64,000 bases of DNA from Puniceicoccaceae bacterium. Lineage in GTDB: Bacteria > Verrucomicrobiota > Verrucomicrobiia > Opitutales > Oceanipulchritudinaceae. The stretch is taken from NCBI GenBank assembly GCA_040830765.1, contig JBFOMH010000013.1, positions 64,001 through 128,000 of the forward strand, in the 5' to 3' direction. A program made the position numbers and the translations under genes. Numbering within the stretch: position 1 is the first letter of the stretch; each line of letters begins with the position of its first letter. Below the pieces are notes generated by a model. The model was given only the letters and a program-made list of their open reading frames with translations, did no database searches and was not told the origin of the DNA. Shown here piece after piece: positions 10,294-19,602 of this stretch.

Positions 10294-11649
10294 TCAAAGA
10301 GTCAACTCCCAGCCAGGTTCGTAGTCCCTGCCCCAATACTTTTTCATGACCGCCTTGTCCGTAAACTTGCCCGTTTTGGCATCAATCTCCAACTGGTTCC
10401 CCTCAACGCGTGAGGCGACATTGGTGTAATGGGTCAGATGCGTGCTGACGGCACCAATGGCCATCGGCGTCCTCAATGCTGCATTCCCGCGAATGGCATC
10501 GATGAAATTCCGGACATGGCTGGTGGTCAGGTCCCCGCCCCCACCGAGGGCAACACCGGCTTCCGTGCCACCGATTTTCTCCTCCAGCAATTCGCCTTTC
10601 CTTGAGAACAACCGGTAGCCGCCCCGGTCAACATAGACGCTCCCCTCCGTTCCATAAACGATGGTTCCACGACCCGAGCCATAGGTGGTGTAGCCATTGC
10701 GGCTCTTGCCATCCCACTGCAGCTCCTTGCCGCCCGGGAAGCGGAAAGTGACCAGCATCGTATCGTACATCGCCCATCCGTCGTCGACAAAGTGATACTT
10801 GCCCCCCTGCGCCTGGACATGTTCGGGATACTCCACTCCAAGCGCCCAGCGGGCCACGTCCATTTCATGGGTACCGTTGTTGGCCGACTCAGCCGTGCCG
10901 TAGTGCCAGTCCCAGTGCCAGTTATAGTCTTCGAGGATATCGAGGAAGGGACGCCGGGGAGCGGGACCTTGCCACAATTCCCAGTCGAGATGCGGCGGCA
11001 CCTCAACTTGCTGGGGTACCGGTACCTCACCACGGCCGTTACTGTAGAAAGCGAGGGCCTTGTATGGATCACCGATGGCCCCCTCGTGGATGGCCTTGAT
11101 AATTTCCATGGTCTCCGGGGAAGAGCGCTGCTGGGTGCCCATCTGAATCTTGAGGTCACTGTATTTCTCCTCCAGCGCCATCAGGAAGTCATCCTCGGCG
11201 AGGTTATGACTGCAGGGCTTCTCAACATAAACATGCTTCCCGTTCTGCAGGGCAATCATGGTACCGTAGGCATGCCAATGATCCGGGGTGGTAATGACCA
11301 CTGCGTCGACATCCTCCCGCTCGACGACCGCCCGCATGTCCTTCTCCGTTGCCGGCAGGTAACCGAGGGTCAATTGCGCCTCCTCAAGGCCCTTGGCCAT
11401 CTGGTTGTCGTCCACCTCGCAGATACAGGTGACGGCAACATTCTCAATCTGGGCCATTGATTTCATGAGTGGTATCCCGCGCCGCTTGAGCCCGATCACC
11501 GCGACCCGGACCTTGTCGTTGGCCCCGACAACCGAGGCATAGCTGCTGGCGCTGGTCATCATGGCCAGACCGGCCGTCCCGACAGCTGTTTTTCTGATAA
11601 AATCCCGACGGTCAATCGTGCCGGATGGGTTGAGGGTAGTGTGCTTCAT
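10294..11649 (-). CDS. Tat-exported Gfo/Idh/MocA family oxidoreductase
   Basis: DRRDFIRK Tat motif after the likely start ATG 11649; TPDHWH, HVYVEKP, GTQQRS, NGTHEMD motifs. Confidence 0.92.
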   Translation of the reverse strand: MKHTTLNPSGTIDRRDFIRKTAVGTAGLAMMTSASSYASVVGANDKVRVAVIGLKRRGIPLMKSMAQIENVAVTCICEVDDNQMAKGLEEAQLTLGYLPATEKDMRAVVEREDVDAVVITTPDHWHAYGTMIALQNGKHVYVEKPCSHNLAEDDFLMALEEKYSDLKIQMGTQQRSSPETMEIIKAIHEGAIGDPYKALAFYSNGRGEVPVPQQVEVPPHLDWELWQGPAPRRPFLDILEDYNWHWDWHYGTAESANNGTHEMDVARWALGVEYPEHVQAQGGKYHFVDDGWAMYDTMLVTFRFPGGKELQWDGKSRNGYTTYGSGRGTIVYGTEGSVYVDRGGYRLFSRKGELLEEKIGGTEAGVALGGGGDLTTSHVRNFIDAIRGNAALRTPMAIGAVSTHLTHYTNVASRVEGNQLEIDAKTGKFTDKAVMKKYWGRDYEPGWELTL

Positions 11650-11765
11650 GTGACTCCATTGATATTGGGGTATCCGGGGAATTCCGGAGTCCCACAATCT
11701 CAGTTTCACCACTCTCCAGTCCAGAGACAAGGATTTCCAACCGTCCCTTGAATTTACCTGAAAAC

Positions 11766-11790
11766 AAAAAAATCCCGCCTCTGCGGGATT
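11766..11790 (-). terminator. Rho-independent terminator downstream of tRNA-Val
   Basis: Minus strand AATCCCGC-AGAG-GCGGGATT followed by a T tract. Confidence 0.75.
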
Positions 11791-11864
11791 ACAAATGGGC
11801 CTGATTTAATTATAAATTTGATGGCTTGCCATCCGAAGCTTCGAGCAGAGCGAGGAGAGAAGGA

Positions 11865-11941
11865 TGGTGGGAGATACTGGAGTTGAACCAGTGACCTCAT
11901 GCGTGTCATGCATGCGCTCTAACCAACTGAGCTAATCCCCC
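11865..11941 (-). tRNA. tRNA-Val(GAC), CCA encoded
   Basis: Reverse complement GGGGGATTAGCTCAGTTGGTTAGAGCGCATGCATGACACGCATGAGGTCACTGGTTCAACTCCAGTATCTCCCACCA; cloverleaf folds, anticodon GAC in a CATGC/GCATG stem. Confidence 0.97.
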
Positions 11942-12007
11942 AAGATCCGCGGCAGGATTTGCCGAAAGAAGGGCTAAGGTGGGAATTGAATCCCATTTGT
12001 CAACCCC

Positions 12008-13219
12008 TTAGGACTCGCTGAGCCGCTTTTCGGGCTCGGCATAGAGGAGTTCGTTGGCCTCCTCAAGGACATCCATGAGAAGGTTTCCTGCCGGAAGGCG
12101 ACTGAAGAGTTGTTCCAGATCCCCACGAACGCTTTCCATCCGCTCGGGACTGGCCATTTGGCCAGGGAACCAGTCGGCGGCGTTTCCGAGGAGATTGTAC
12201 CGGAATTTGCCGTAATCGACCATGTCATAGGCCTTGGCCAGGTTGCGCAACTGGACGATGCGGCCGATGTTGATCTGGCCGGGGATGTCGGCAATCGGGG
12301 GAAGGCCGAGGGTCCAGGGGTGACGCAGCTCGGGTTCGATTTTGTCCTCATACCGCTCCGCGAGACGTCTCAGGATGGGCTCCAACAGGGAATCCGCATT
12401 ATCGAGATGCGGCAGGGCATCGAGGTGCTCATCGAAATCGGAAGGCCGGGCCGCCCCGACACTAAGGGTGTCGATATCGTTGCGGAGCAGGCAGAAAAGG
12501 TCGTTGAAGGTAATCGGGTGCAGGGGTGCGCAGAGCTCATGAAGGAGCGGCGGAGCCTTGTAGAGTTGGCCTCCCTTGTCGCTGGGGCTGATGATAAAGA
12601 CGCCCATGTCCCTTTCCTTGGCCGCCTGCAGGCAGGTCGTGGTCTCCTGGTAGATGTAGTACCAATGGAGGTTAAGATAATCGAAACTGGCCCCCGTCTT
12701 CTGGTCCGTATGCTGAATCGCCCGGGTGATCACATTGACGGATCCGTGGGTGGAAAAACCGATAAAGCGGCACTTTCCCTCCTCACGCAACCGGAGAGCC
12801 ATCTCAAAGCAACCCCCTTCGCGGGTTGTCCAACCCAGCTTTTCCTCGTTGTTAATCCCATGGATACCCAGCAGGTCGACCTGCTCCAGCTGAAGGCGTT
12901 CCATCGAGTCGAGGACATTGTTGTAGAAAACCTCCGCATCCGCATCCGGACCCACCTTCGTCTGGATGATCAACTTGTCCCGTTCCAGCTTGGGAAGATA
13001 CTGCCCCAGTTGCCGTTCAGAAGGACCGTACCCACGGGCGGTCTCAATGTGGTTAATTCCAACCTCAAGGGCCCGGCCCACGGTCGCTTCCAGGTTAACT
13101 TGTGTCTTCGGATCAATTTCTCCCAGCGGCTTGTCGGTCCAGCCGTCCTGGTAACGCATGCCGCCGCAGGAGAACACCGGCATCTGGAGTTCGGTACGGC
13201 CAAAACGTCGGTACTGCAT
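12008..13219 (-). CDS. Aldo/keto reductase family protein
   Basis: MQYRRFGRT start, GINHIETARGYG, QTKV, IGFSTHG motifs. Confidence 0.88.
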   Translation of the reverse strand: MQYRRFGRTELQMPVFSCGGMRYQDGWTDKPLGEIDPKTQVNLEATVGRALEVGINHIETARGYGPSERQLGQYLPKLERDKLIIQTKVGPDADAEVFYNNVLDSMERLQLEQVDLLGIHGINNEEKLGWTTREGGCFEMALRLREEGKCRFIGFSTHGSVNVITRAIQHTDQKTGASFDYLNLHWYYIYQETTTCLQAAKERDMGVFIISPSDKGGQLYKAPPLLHELCAPLHPITFNDLFCLLRNDIDTLSVGAARPSDFDEHLDALPHLDNADSLLEPILRRLAERYEDKIEPELRHPWTLGLPPIADIPGQINIGRIVQLRNLAKAYDMVDYGKFRYNLLGNAADWFPGQMASPERMESVRGDLEQLFSRLPAGNLLMDVLEEANELLYAEPEKRLSES

Positions 13220-13389
13220 AACAAATTAGCCGGCTTGGCCGTACGTTTTCTGTGGGGTTAAGACTACTTGGTTCGGACTCATGACATTTATTGAGCCATA
13301 GCTTCGAGGAATGGCAACCCCTGGCTGGTATTAAATCGCCTTGCTCTTGAACAGGGGGATGGCAAGTTGATGCCGTAACCGTATCCACC

Positions 13390-15057
13390 ATGCTGCACTC
13401 CCTGCGAATAGAGAACCTGGCCCTGATGGACGCAGTCTCGTTGGAATTCGAGGAAGGGTATACAGCTGTCACCGGTGAGACCGGAGCCGGCAAGTCCGTT
13501 CTTCTCGGAGCGCTGGCCCTCTTGTCCGGCTCCCGGGCCGACAAGACGCTTATTCGCCAGGGCACGGATACCTGCACTCTCGAAGCGGGCTTCGGATTTG
13601 CAGACACCCGCTCCCTTGACGCCCTTCTGGAGAATCTCGACCTGCCCGGCACTGAGGAAGGCCAGCTGCTTGTCCGGCGGACCGTCTCCACCGGAAAAGC
13701 GTCCCGCATCCAGGTCAACGGGGCCATGGCCACGCTGGGACAGTTGCAGAAAATCGGCCGCCAGTGGATTGATTTCCACGGGCCTGGAGAACCCCAGAAA
13801 CTTTTTCACGAAAGCGAACAACTGGCCCTCCTGGATCTTTATGCCGGCCTGCGCAGCGAACTTGCCGACTACCGTGCCGGGTACACGGAGTGGCGGAGGC
13901 AACTGGAGGACATGGAGCGCCTCCGCAACGAGGCGCGTCTATCACCCGAGGAGGCAGCATTCCTCAAAGCCCAGATCGAGGAAATCGATGGCCTCAGTCC
14001 AACGGAAGATTCAATTGCCCAGCTTGAACAGGACTTCCGGCGAGTCTCATCTGCCCAGGACCTGCGAGATCTCTGTGCCCAGCTGGACGAGCGCTTCCTC
14101 GGCTCCAAGGCTATTTGCGACCGGCTCCAGTCGGTTCTTCCGCTGGCCCGCCGGTTGGCTGAGTTGGATCCATCGGTGGCTTCTCTGGCGGACCGGGTGG
14201 AATCGCTCGTCATCGAGGCCAATGACCTATCGGGGGAATGGCGCGCCCTGGCTTTTGAATCGGATTACAATCCCAACCAGGTCAAGCAGATCGAGGAACA
14301 AATGGACTCCTGGATGAGCCTCCGGCGGCGCTATGGAGGGACCGTGGAAGGGGTCCTTGCGAAACGCGCCGCCATGGCCGAGCGTCTCGCCGTCCAAGGC
14401 GACCTCGAGGGTGCTTTGGAGTCCCGTCAAGCTGAGGCGGATAAGTTGGAAGCGCATCTCCGCAAGCAGGCGGCAACGCTTCGCTCGGCCCGCTTGAAGG
14501 CGGCACATGACCTTTCCCATAAAAGCGAGGAGCTCCTGCGCGGTCTGGGATTCAAGAAGCCGAAGCTGGGGATCGAGATTACCGCCCGGGAAAAGCTAGG
14601 AACGACCGGGGATTGCGACTGCAGCATGACCTTTGCCCCTAACCCGGGAAGCGCCCTCCTGCCCCTGAACAAGATCGCTTCCAGTGGGGAGATGGCCCGG
14701 GTGATGCTTGCCCTGAAGTCGGTCCTTGCCGAGGTTGATTCAACCCCGGTCCTGGTTTTTGACGAGGTCGATTCCAACATCGGGGGAGAGGTGGCCACCT
14801 CCGTGGCCCGCCTGCTTGCCGATCTGGGCAAGGAACATCAGGTGTTCTGCATCACCCACCTCCCGCAGGTGGCCGCCGTCGCGAAAAACCACTACGTTGT
14901 GGAAAAGGATCAGGAAGAAGATTCGACCACCATCCGCATCGAATGTCTCAATGGCAACAGGGAGGCCCGACTGGAGGAGTTTGCCCGCATGCTGGGCGAC
15001 CGTTCAAGCGAGTCCGCCCGGCAGCATGCGGCAGCCTTGCTCGAGAACGGTATTTGA
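13390..15057 (+). CDS. recN: DNA repair protein RecN
   Basis: Walker A TGETGAGKS, coiled coil, SSGEMAR signature, VFDEVD, CITHLPQVAA. Confidence 0.96.
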   Translation: MLHSLRIENLALMDAVSLEFEEGYTAVTGETGAGKSVLLGALALLSGSRADKTLIRQGTDTCTLEAGFGFADTRSLDALLENLDLPGTEEGQLLVRRTVSTGKASRIQVNGAMATLGQLQKIGRQWIDFHGPGEPQKLFHESEQLALLDLYAGLRSELADYRAGYTEWRRQLEDMERLRNEARLSPEEAAFLKAQIEEIDGLSPTEDSIAQLEQDFRRVSSAQDLRDLCAQLDERFLGSKAICDRLQSVLPLARRLAELDPSVASLADRVESLVIEANDLSGEWRALAFESDYNPNQVKQIEEQMDSWMSLRRRYGGTVEGVLAKRAAMAERLAVQGDLEGALESRQAEADKLEAHLRKQAATLRSARLKAAHDLSHKSEELLRGLGFKKPKLGIEITAREKLGTTGDCDCSMTFAPNPGSALLPLNKIASSGEMARVMLALKSVLAEVDSTPVLVFDEVDSNIGGEVATSVARLLADLGKEHQVFCITHLPQVAAVAKNHYVVEKDQEEDSTTIRIECLNGNREARLEEFARMLGDRSSESARQHAAALLENGI

Positions 15058-15058
15058 G

Positions 15059-16138
15059 TCAAAAGCCGATGCCTGCCTGAATGGAACCGAACTGGTGCCC
15101 GGTTTCCTGGGATTCAAACTCCTCTGTGCGGAACGTTCGCGAATAGGTGAGGCTGAATTGACTGATGCGCAGACCAAACCCAATGAGCACCTCGCCGACC
15201 CACGCCTCCGAGGAAACCGGGGAATTATAACTCCTGAAAACCGGTCCATCGAGGGTAATGTCATGCAGGACCGCACTCCCCCGCACCCCTCCAAAGGCGT
15301 AGATCGAGATATTTGAAAAGCGCGAGCCGTCCCGGATGAAGAGGCTGTGGGAATAGCTCCCGACACGTATGCGCGGTGTCATATACTGCACCGGCAGGTT
15401 GTAACCGGCACGGACAAGGGATCCAACATAGGCATCCGTACGGAAATTACCCAGTGCCGCGCCCCACTCAAGGTACCCGTCAAACTCAATCAGCCAGTCC
15501 CGCGTCCGGTCGCTGAGGAACGCCATTCGATGCTTTCGATCAAAGTTCAGGTTGAGGGTCAATTCAGCCGGAATCTGGCTGTCCCATCCCTGGAAAATGG
15601 GCGAGTTACTGATATTGCGATGGACCCACTCCTGCGTCTCCTCAGCAAAGGAGTACTTGCCAGTAACACCAATCGAGAAAATGACCGAGCTCAGTGCCTG
15701 GCTATCCTTCGCGTGCAGGGAAAATTCAGTCCCCAGCCAGCCGGCATAGGGCCGCTGCCCGGGCGGGGCCTCCAAGGCTTCCGGATCCTGTGGTGTGAAC
15801 ATGAGCTGGGTCAGCCCGATTCCCCAATCATACCGGATATCATCAGCGTTGACGAAAGACGTCAGGTCGCCAAAGACGGGATTACCCTTCGCCCCGGTGA
15901 GGCCCTGGAGCCACTCCTGAAAGTTGTTCAGCTTCTCCTCGCTGATCGGTCGCATGTAGGCCAGGCGGGCTCCATTGGTGTAATCGCGGTCCGACCCGGT
16001 AAAGAGGTCGTTATCCAGCTGGAATATCAGGTAGGAAGGTTTCTTTGCCGAGCGCTCATCAGCAAGCGCAGCAAGTCCGCCTGCCAGCAGAAATAGGATG
16101 CCCGCCCCCAGAAGGTGTCTAAACAATGTCCTCTTCAT
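15059..16138 (-). CDS. Lipid A deacylase LpxR-family / DUF2219 outer-membrane protein
   Basis: DNDLF, DRDYTNG, MFTP, RPYAGWL, GWDSQ motifs; C-terminal Phe; start ATG 16138 overlaps the upstream stop (ATGA). Confidence 0.85.
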   Translation of the reverse strand: MKRTLFRHLLGAGILFLLAGGLAALADERSAKKPSYLIFQLDNDLFTGSDRDYTNGARLAYMRPISEEKLNNFQEWLQGLTGAKGNPVFGDLTSFVNADDIRYDWGIGLTQLMFTPQDPEALEAPPGQRPYAGWLGTEFSLHAKDSQALSSVIFSIGVTGKYSFAEETQEWVHRNISNSPIFQGWDSQIPAELTLNLNFDRKHRMAFLSDRTRDWLIEFDGYLEWGAALGNFRTDAYVGSLVRAGYNLPVQYMTPRIRVGSYSHSLFIRDGSRFSNISIYAFGGVRGSAVLHDITLDGPVFRSYNSPVSSEAWVGEVLIGFGLRISQFSLTYSRTFRTEEFESQETGHQFGSIQAGIGF

Positions 16139-17751
16139 TCGCTTTCCAGGTAAACAAACTTCATCGGTCGCTGGTTGACCAGCTTTGGAGTCCATTCCTT
16201 CACCCTGGGATCGATGAGGAAGACATTGGTGTACCAGTAAACGGGAATGACCGGTTCGACTTCCATGAAAATCGCTTCCGCCTGCCGGATGAGCTCGTAG
16301 CGCTTCTCCATGTCCAGGGTCCGGGTAGACTCCTCCAACAACCAGTCAAATTCGGGGTTGTCGAACCCAGTATCGTTATTCGGGCTGTAGGAAAGGAAAA
16401 TGCGCAGGAACGAGAAGGGGTAAAGGTTGGCAATCCAGCCGGCCCGGGCGATGTCGTAGTCCATCTCCTTGGTTGTATCGAGGTAGACCTTCCACTCCTT
16501 GTTGGTCAGGGTGATGTCAATGCCCAGTTCCTTGCGCCACATGTTCTGCACCGCCTCGGCAATCTTGCGATGATTGTCGCTGGTATTGAAGAGCAGCTCG
16601 ACCCCCGGCCAGCCCTCACCCCCGGGAAATCCTGCTTCCGCCATCAGCCGCCGGGCCTCCTCCGGGTTGTAGACCTCGCTTTCCGGAAAGACATACCCAC
16701 CCGTTCCCTCCGGGATGTAGGATGTAGCGACTCGCTCATTACCACCTAGCAGCTGACGGACAATGACCTCCCGGTCAATGGTCAGGGAAAGCGCCTTCCG
16801 CACGCGCACATCGTCCAGCGGTGGCCTGGTAGTGTTTATGCGGTAGAAATAGACCCCGGCAAAGGGATCAAACCGGATCTTTTCGGGAAAGTTTTCCTTG
16901 TAGTAGTTTCGCATGTTTGCCGGCACGGTTCCGGTGACATGCAGCTGCCCGCTCTCGAAGGCCCGCAACTCCGTATTGACATCATCTATCGGATAGAACT
17001 CAAACGCGTCCGTCCGCACCGATCCAGCATCCCAGTAGTAGGGATTGCGCTCCACCCGGATAACCGAGTTCGGCTTCCATTCCACCAACCGGTAGGCCCC
17101 GTTACCGATGTAGCTCTCCGGACGGGTCCAGCCACTCTGGCGGATCCCCGGACCCCCATGGGCCTCAATCGTCGCCTTGTGCACCGGCAGGAAAGTATGG
17201 TTGAGGAGCATTTTCAGGAAATCCGCCGTCGGCTGGCGCAAGACCACCTTGAAGACCCGGTCACTCTCAGCCACAATGCCAACCTTTGAGACATCGGTCA
17301 GCTCCCCCTTGTGGAAGGCTTCAGCTCCGTCGATCATGTACATCCAGTCGGCATACTCGTTGCCCAGTCCCGGTTCCAGGACCCTGCGCCAAGAGTAAAC
17401 AAAGTCATGGGCCGTCAGCGGATCCCCATTACTCCAGCTGGCCTCGCGGAGGAAGAAACGCCAAGTCCTCCCGTCCTCTGAGGTCTCCCATCTCTCAGCG
17501 ATGCCGGGATAGGGAATCTCATCCGTGGTCGGGTGATAGGCCACCAATCCCTCCAACAGTGTCAGGATAATCCTCACTTCCGGAGTACCGGATACCGTAT
17601 GGGGATCGAGATCCCGCGGCTCGCCGCCGTTGCCGATGCGGATCACGGAGCCGTCATCGACAACCTCAGTCTGGCTGCATCCACCAAGTAGCAGGAAACC
17701 TGTCCCAATCAGGAGAACCGGCAGCAGCTTGAAAAATTTTCTCATGGCCAT
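16135..17751 (-). CDS. oppA: Peptide ABC transporter substrate-binding lipoprotein (OppA family)
   Basis: Lipobox LLGGC; EPRDLDP, WSNGDPLTAHDFVYSW, GNGAY, NPYYWD motifs. Confidence 0.9.
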   Translation of the reverse strand: MAMRKFFKLLPVLLIGTGFLLLGGCSQTEVVDDGSVIRIGNGGEPRDLDPHTVSGTPEVRIILTLLEGLVAYHPTTDEIPYPGIAERWETSEDGRTWRFFLREASWSNGDPLTAHDFVYSWRRVLEPGLGNEYADWMYMIDGAEAFHKGELTDVSKVGIVAESDRVFKVVLRQPTADFLKMLLNHTFLPVHKATIEAHGGPGIRQSGWTRPESYIGNGAYRLVEWKPNSVIRVERNPYYWDAGSVRTDAFEFYPIDDVNTELRAFESGQLHVTGTVPANMRNYYKENFPEKIRFDPFAGVYFYRINTTRPPLDDVRVRKALSLTIDREVIVRQLLGGNERVATSYIPEGTGGYVFPESEVYNPEEARRLMAEAGFPGGEGWPGVELLFNTSDNHRKIAEAVQNMWRKELGIDITLTNKEWKVYLDTTKEMDYDIARAGWIANLYPFSFLRIFLSYSPNNDTGFDNPEFDWLLEESTRTLDMEKRYELIRQAEAIFMEVEPVIPVYWYTNVFLIDPRVKEWTPKLVNQRPMKFVYLESE

Positions 17752-17800
17752 ACCTTACCGCATCTCACGCAAGGAGCAAGAAAGTGCTGACAAATGGGTC

Positions 17801-18460
17801 ATGAGGACGAACAGTAAAGAGATGGGAGAAACCGTCGATTGGGGTCGAACCGCCTACCGTGAGGCATGGGACCGGCAGATGGAAGTGGTCGACAAGCGTC
17901 GGTCCGGGGAATGCCCCGATACCCTCATCTTCACGGAGCACGAACCGGTTTTCACCATTGGGGCTCGGCCGGGAGCTGAACAGCACCTCGTCTGGACCGA
18001 GCAGATGCTCCGGCAACAGGGCATCGAGGTCGTCAAGACCAACCGGGGGGGCGATATCACCTACCATGGCCCGGGACAGATTGTCGGTTATCCGATTATC
18101 AGTCTTCAGGAAAAGCGGGACCTGCATGCCTACCTGCGGGACCTTGAGGAAGTCCTCATCCGAACAGTGGCACACTTTGGGATCACTGCGGACCGTCGAG
18201 AAGGCAAGACCGGTATCTGGATCGGGGAGCGGAAGATCGCCGCCATCGGGGTTGCCGTAAAAACCTGGGTGACCTACCATGGCTTTGCCCTCAATGTGAA
18301 TCCGGAACTTTCCCACTTTGCCGGTATCGTCCCCTGCGGTATCACGGATGGTACGGTAACCTCCCTTGAGCAGGAGTGCGAAAACCCTCCGCTGATGGGA
18401 TTGGTCAAATCCCGGCTGAAGGCGGAATTCTGGGACCTGTTTGGCGGGCATCGGGCCTGA
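17801..18460 (+). CDS. lipB: Lipoyl(octanoyl) transferase
   Basis: EHEPVFTIG, RGGDITYHGPGQ, KIAAIG, HGFALN, IVPCG motifs; start uncertain (17801 or 17822). Confidence 0.95.
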   Translation: MRTNSKEMGETVDWGRTAYREAWDRQMEVVDKRRSGECPDTLIFTEHEPVFTIGARPGAEQHLVWTEQMLRQQGIEVVKTNRGGDITYHGPGQIVGYPIISLQEKRDLHAYLRDLEEVLIRTVAHFGITADRREGKTGIWIGERKIAAIGVAVKTWVTYHGFALNVNPELSHFAGIVPCGITDGTVTSLEQECENPPLMGLVKSRLKAEFWDLFGGHRA

Positions 18461-18504
18461 TTTTAGCTTTGTCTCGTGGGGAGTGAAGACCTATCCTCCT
18501 GACG

Positions 18505-19515
18505 ATGAATAATCCACAACCCTCTCCGAATCCCCAACACGAGGGCAACAATTCCGGCTTGCTCAATGCATTCACCCTTAACGGTCAGGGAGGTGGTAAT
18601 GCCCTCGAATGGGAGCATATCCGGGATTGGCATAAGGAGGGGGCGCCCCTTTGGGTACACCTCGACCGCAAGTCCCGCAAGGCGCAGTCCTGGTTGAGAC
18701 ACGATACCGGCCTGAGTCCAGTCATTTGTAACGCCTTGCTGGCTGAGGAAACACGTCCACGGGCACAGGTCTTCGAGGATGGCATGCTGGTCATCCTCCG
18801 GGGGGTTAATCTCAATCCGGGGGAACAGCCGGATGACATGATTTCCGTTCGGGTATGGATTGAAGCGAACCGGATCATCACCCTGAGGGCTCCCAAGCTA
18901 ATGGCCGTCTCCGATGTCCGGGATTCCCTCAACAGTGGACGCGGTCCCGCCAGCCCCATGGGCGTACTGGTCTCCATAATTGAAAATCTCGGGCACCGCA
19001 TGGCCCCGGTTGTCGCCAACCTCGATGAACTGACCGACCAAGTCGAGGAATCGATGCTCGAGGATCCCGACACCTCACTCCGTTTGAACCTCGTCAACAT
19101 CCGGCGCCAGGCCATTGCCCTGCGACGCTACCTTGCTCCGCAAAGGGAGGCCATTTCCTACCTTATCGGTTCCCAAGCGCCCTGGATTCAGGCCGCGCAA
19201 AAGGCAATCCTGCAGGAGTGCCGTGATGCCGCAACCCGCTATGTCGAAGACCTGGACAGCATCCGGGAACGCTCCTCGATCGTTCATGAGGAACTATCCG
19301 CCCGGATGTCGGAACAAATGAACCGGACCATGTTTCTCCTCTCCATTGTTGCTGGCATATTCCTGCCCCTGGGCTTTGTCACCGGTCTCCTCGGGATCAA
19401 CGTCGGGGGCATGCCGGGAGTCGACAACCCCTACGCCTTTGGCATCGTCTGCCTGCTCCTCATTGCCATGGGACTTTTTGGCGTCTGGATATTCCGGCGG
19501 ATGCGGCTCTTCTAG
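18505..19515 (+). CDS. zntB: CorA/ZntB-family divalent metal transporter
   Basis: ETRPR, LRGVNLN, LRRYLAPQR motifs; two C-terminal TMs with GINVGGMPG. Confidence 0.88.
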   Translation: MNNPQPSPNPQHEGNNSGLLNAFTLNGQGGGNALEWEHIRDWHKEGAPLWVHLDRKSRKAQSWLRHDTGLSPVICNALLAEETRPRAQVFEDGMLVILRGVNLNPGEQPDDMISVRVWIEANRIITLRAPKLMAVSDVRDSLNSGRGPASPMGVLVSIIENLGHRMAPVVANLDELTDQVEESMLEDPDTSLRLNLVNIRRQAIALRRYLAPQREAISYLIGSQAPWIQAAQKAILQECRDAATRYVEDLDSIRERSSIVHEELSARMSEQMNRTMFLLSIVAGIFLPLGFVTGLLGINVGGMPGVDNPYAFGIVCLLLIAMGLFGVWIFRRMRLF

Positions 19516-19602
19516 GGATAACAATTCCTGTGCACACATATGCGATGTTGTTGACTTGATTCGGCAGCAGACCACCCTTTTGCAGCAGCACTTGAACCAT
19601 TG

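Noticed and set aside
1..11941. tRNA-integrated genomic island
   Set aside because: No integrase and no duplicated tRNA 3' end (att) found in the window.
18412..18430. REP-like CCGGCTGAAGGCGGAATTC in the lipB 3' end (also GGCCCTTCAGGCC in dctP near 2444)
   Set aside because: Within coding sequence, with imperfect stem or foot; explainable by codon usage.
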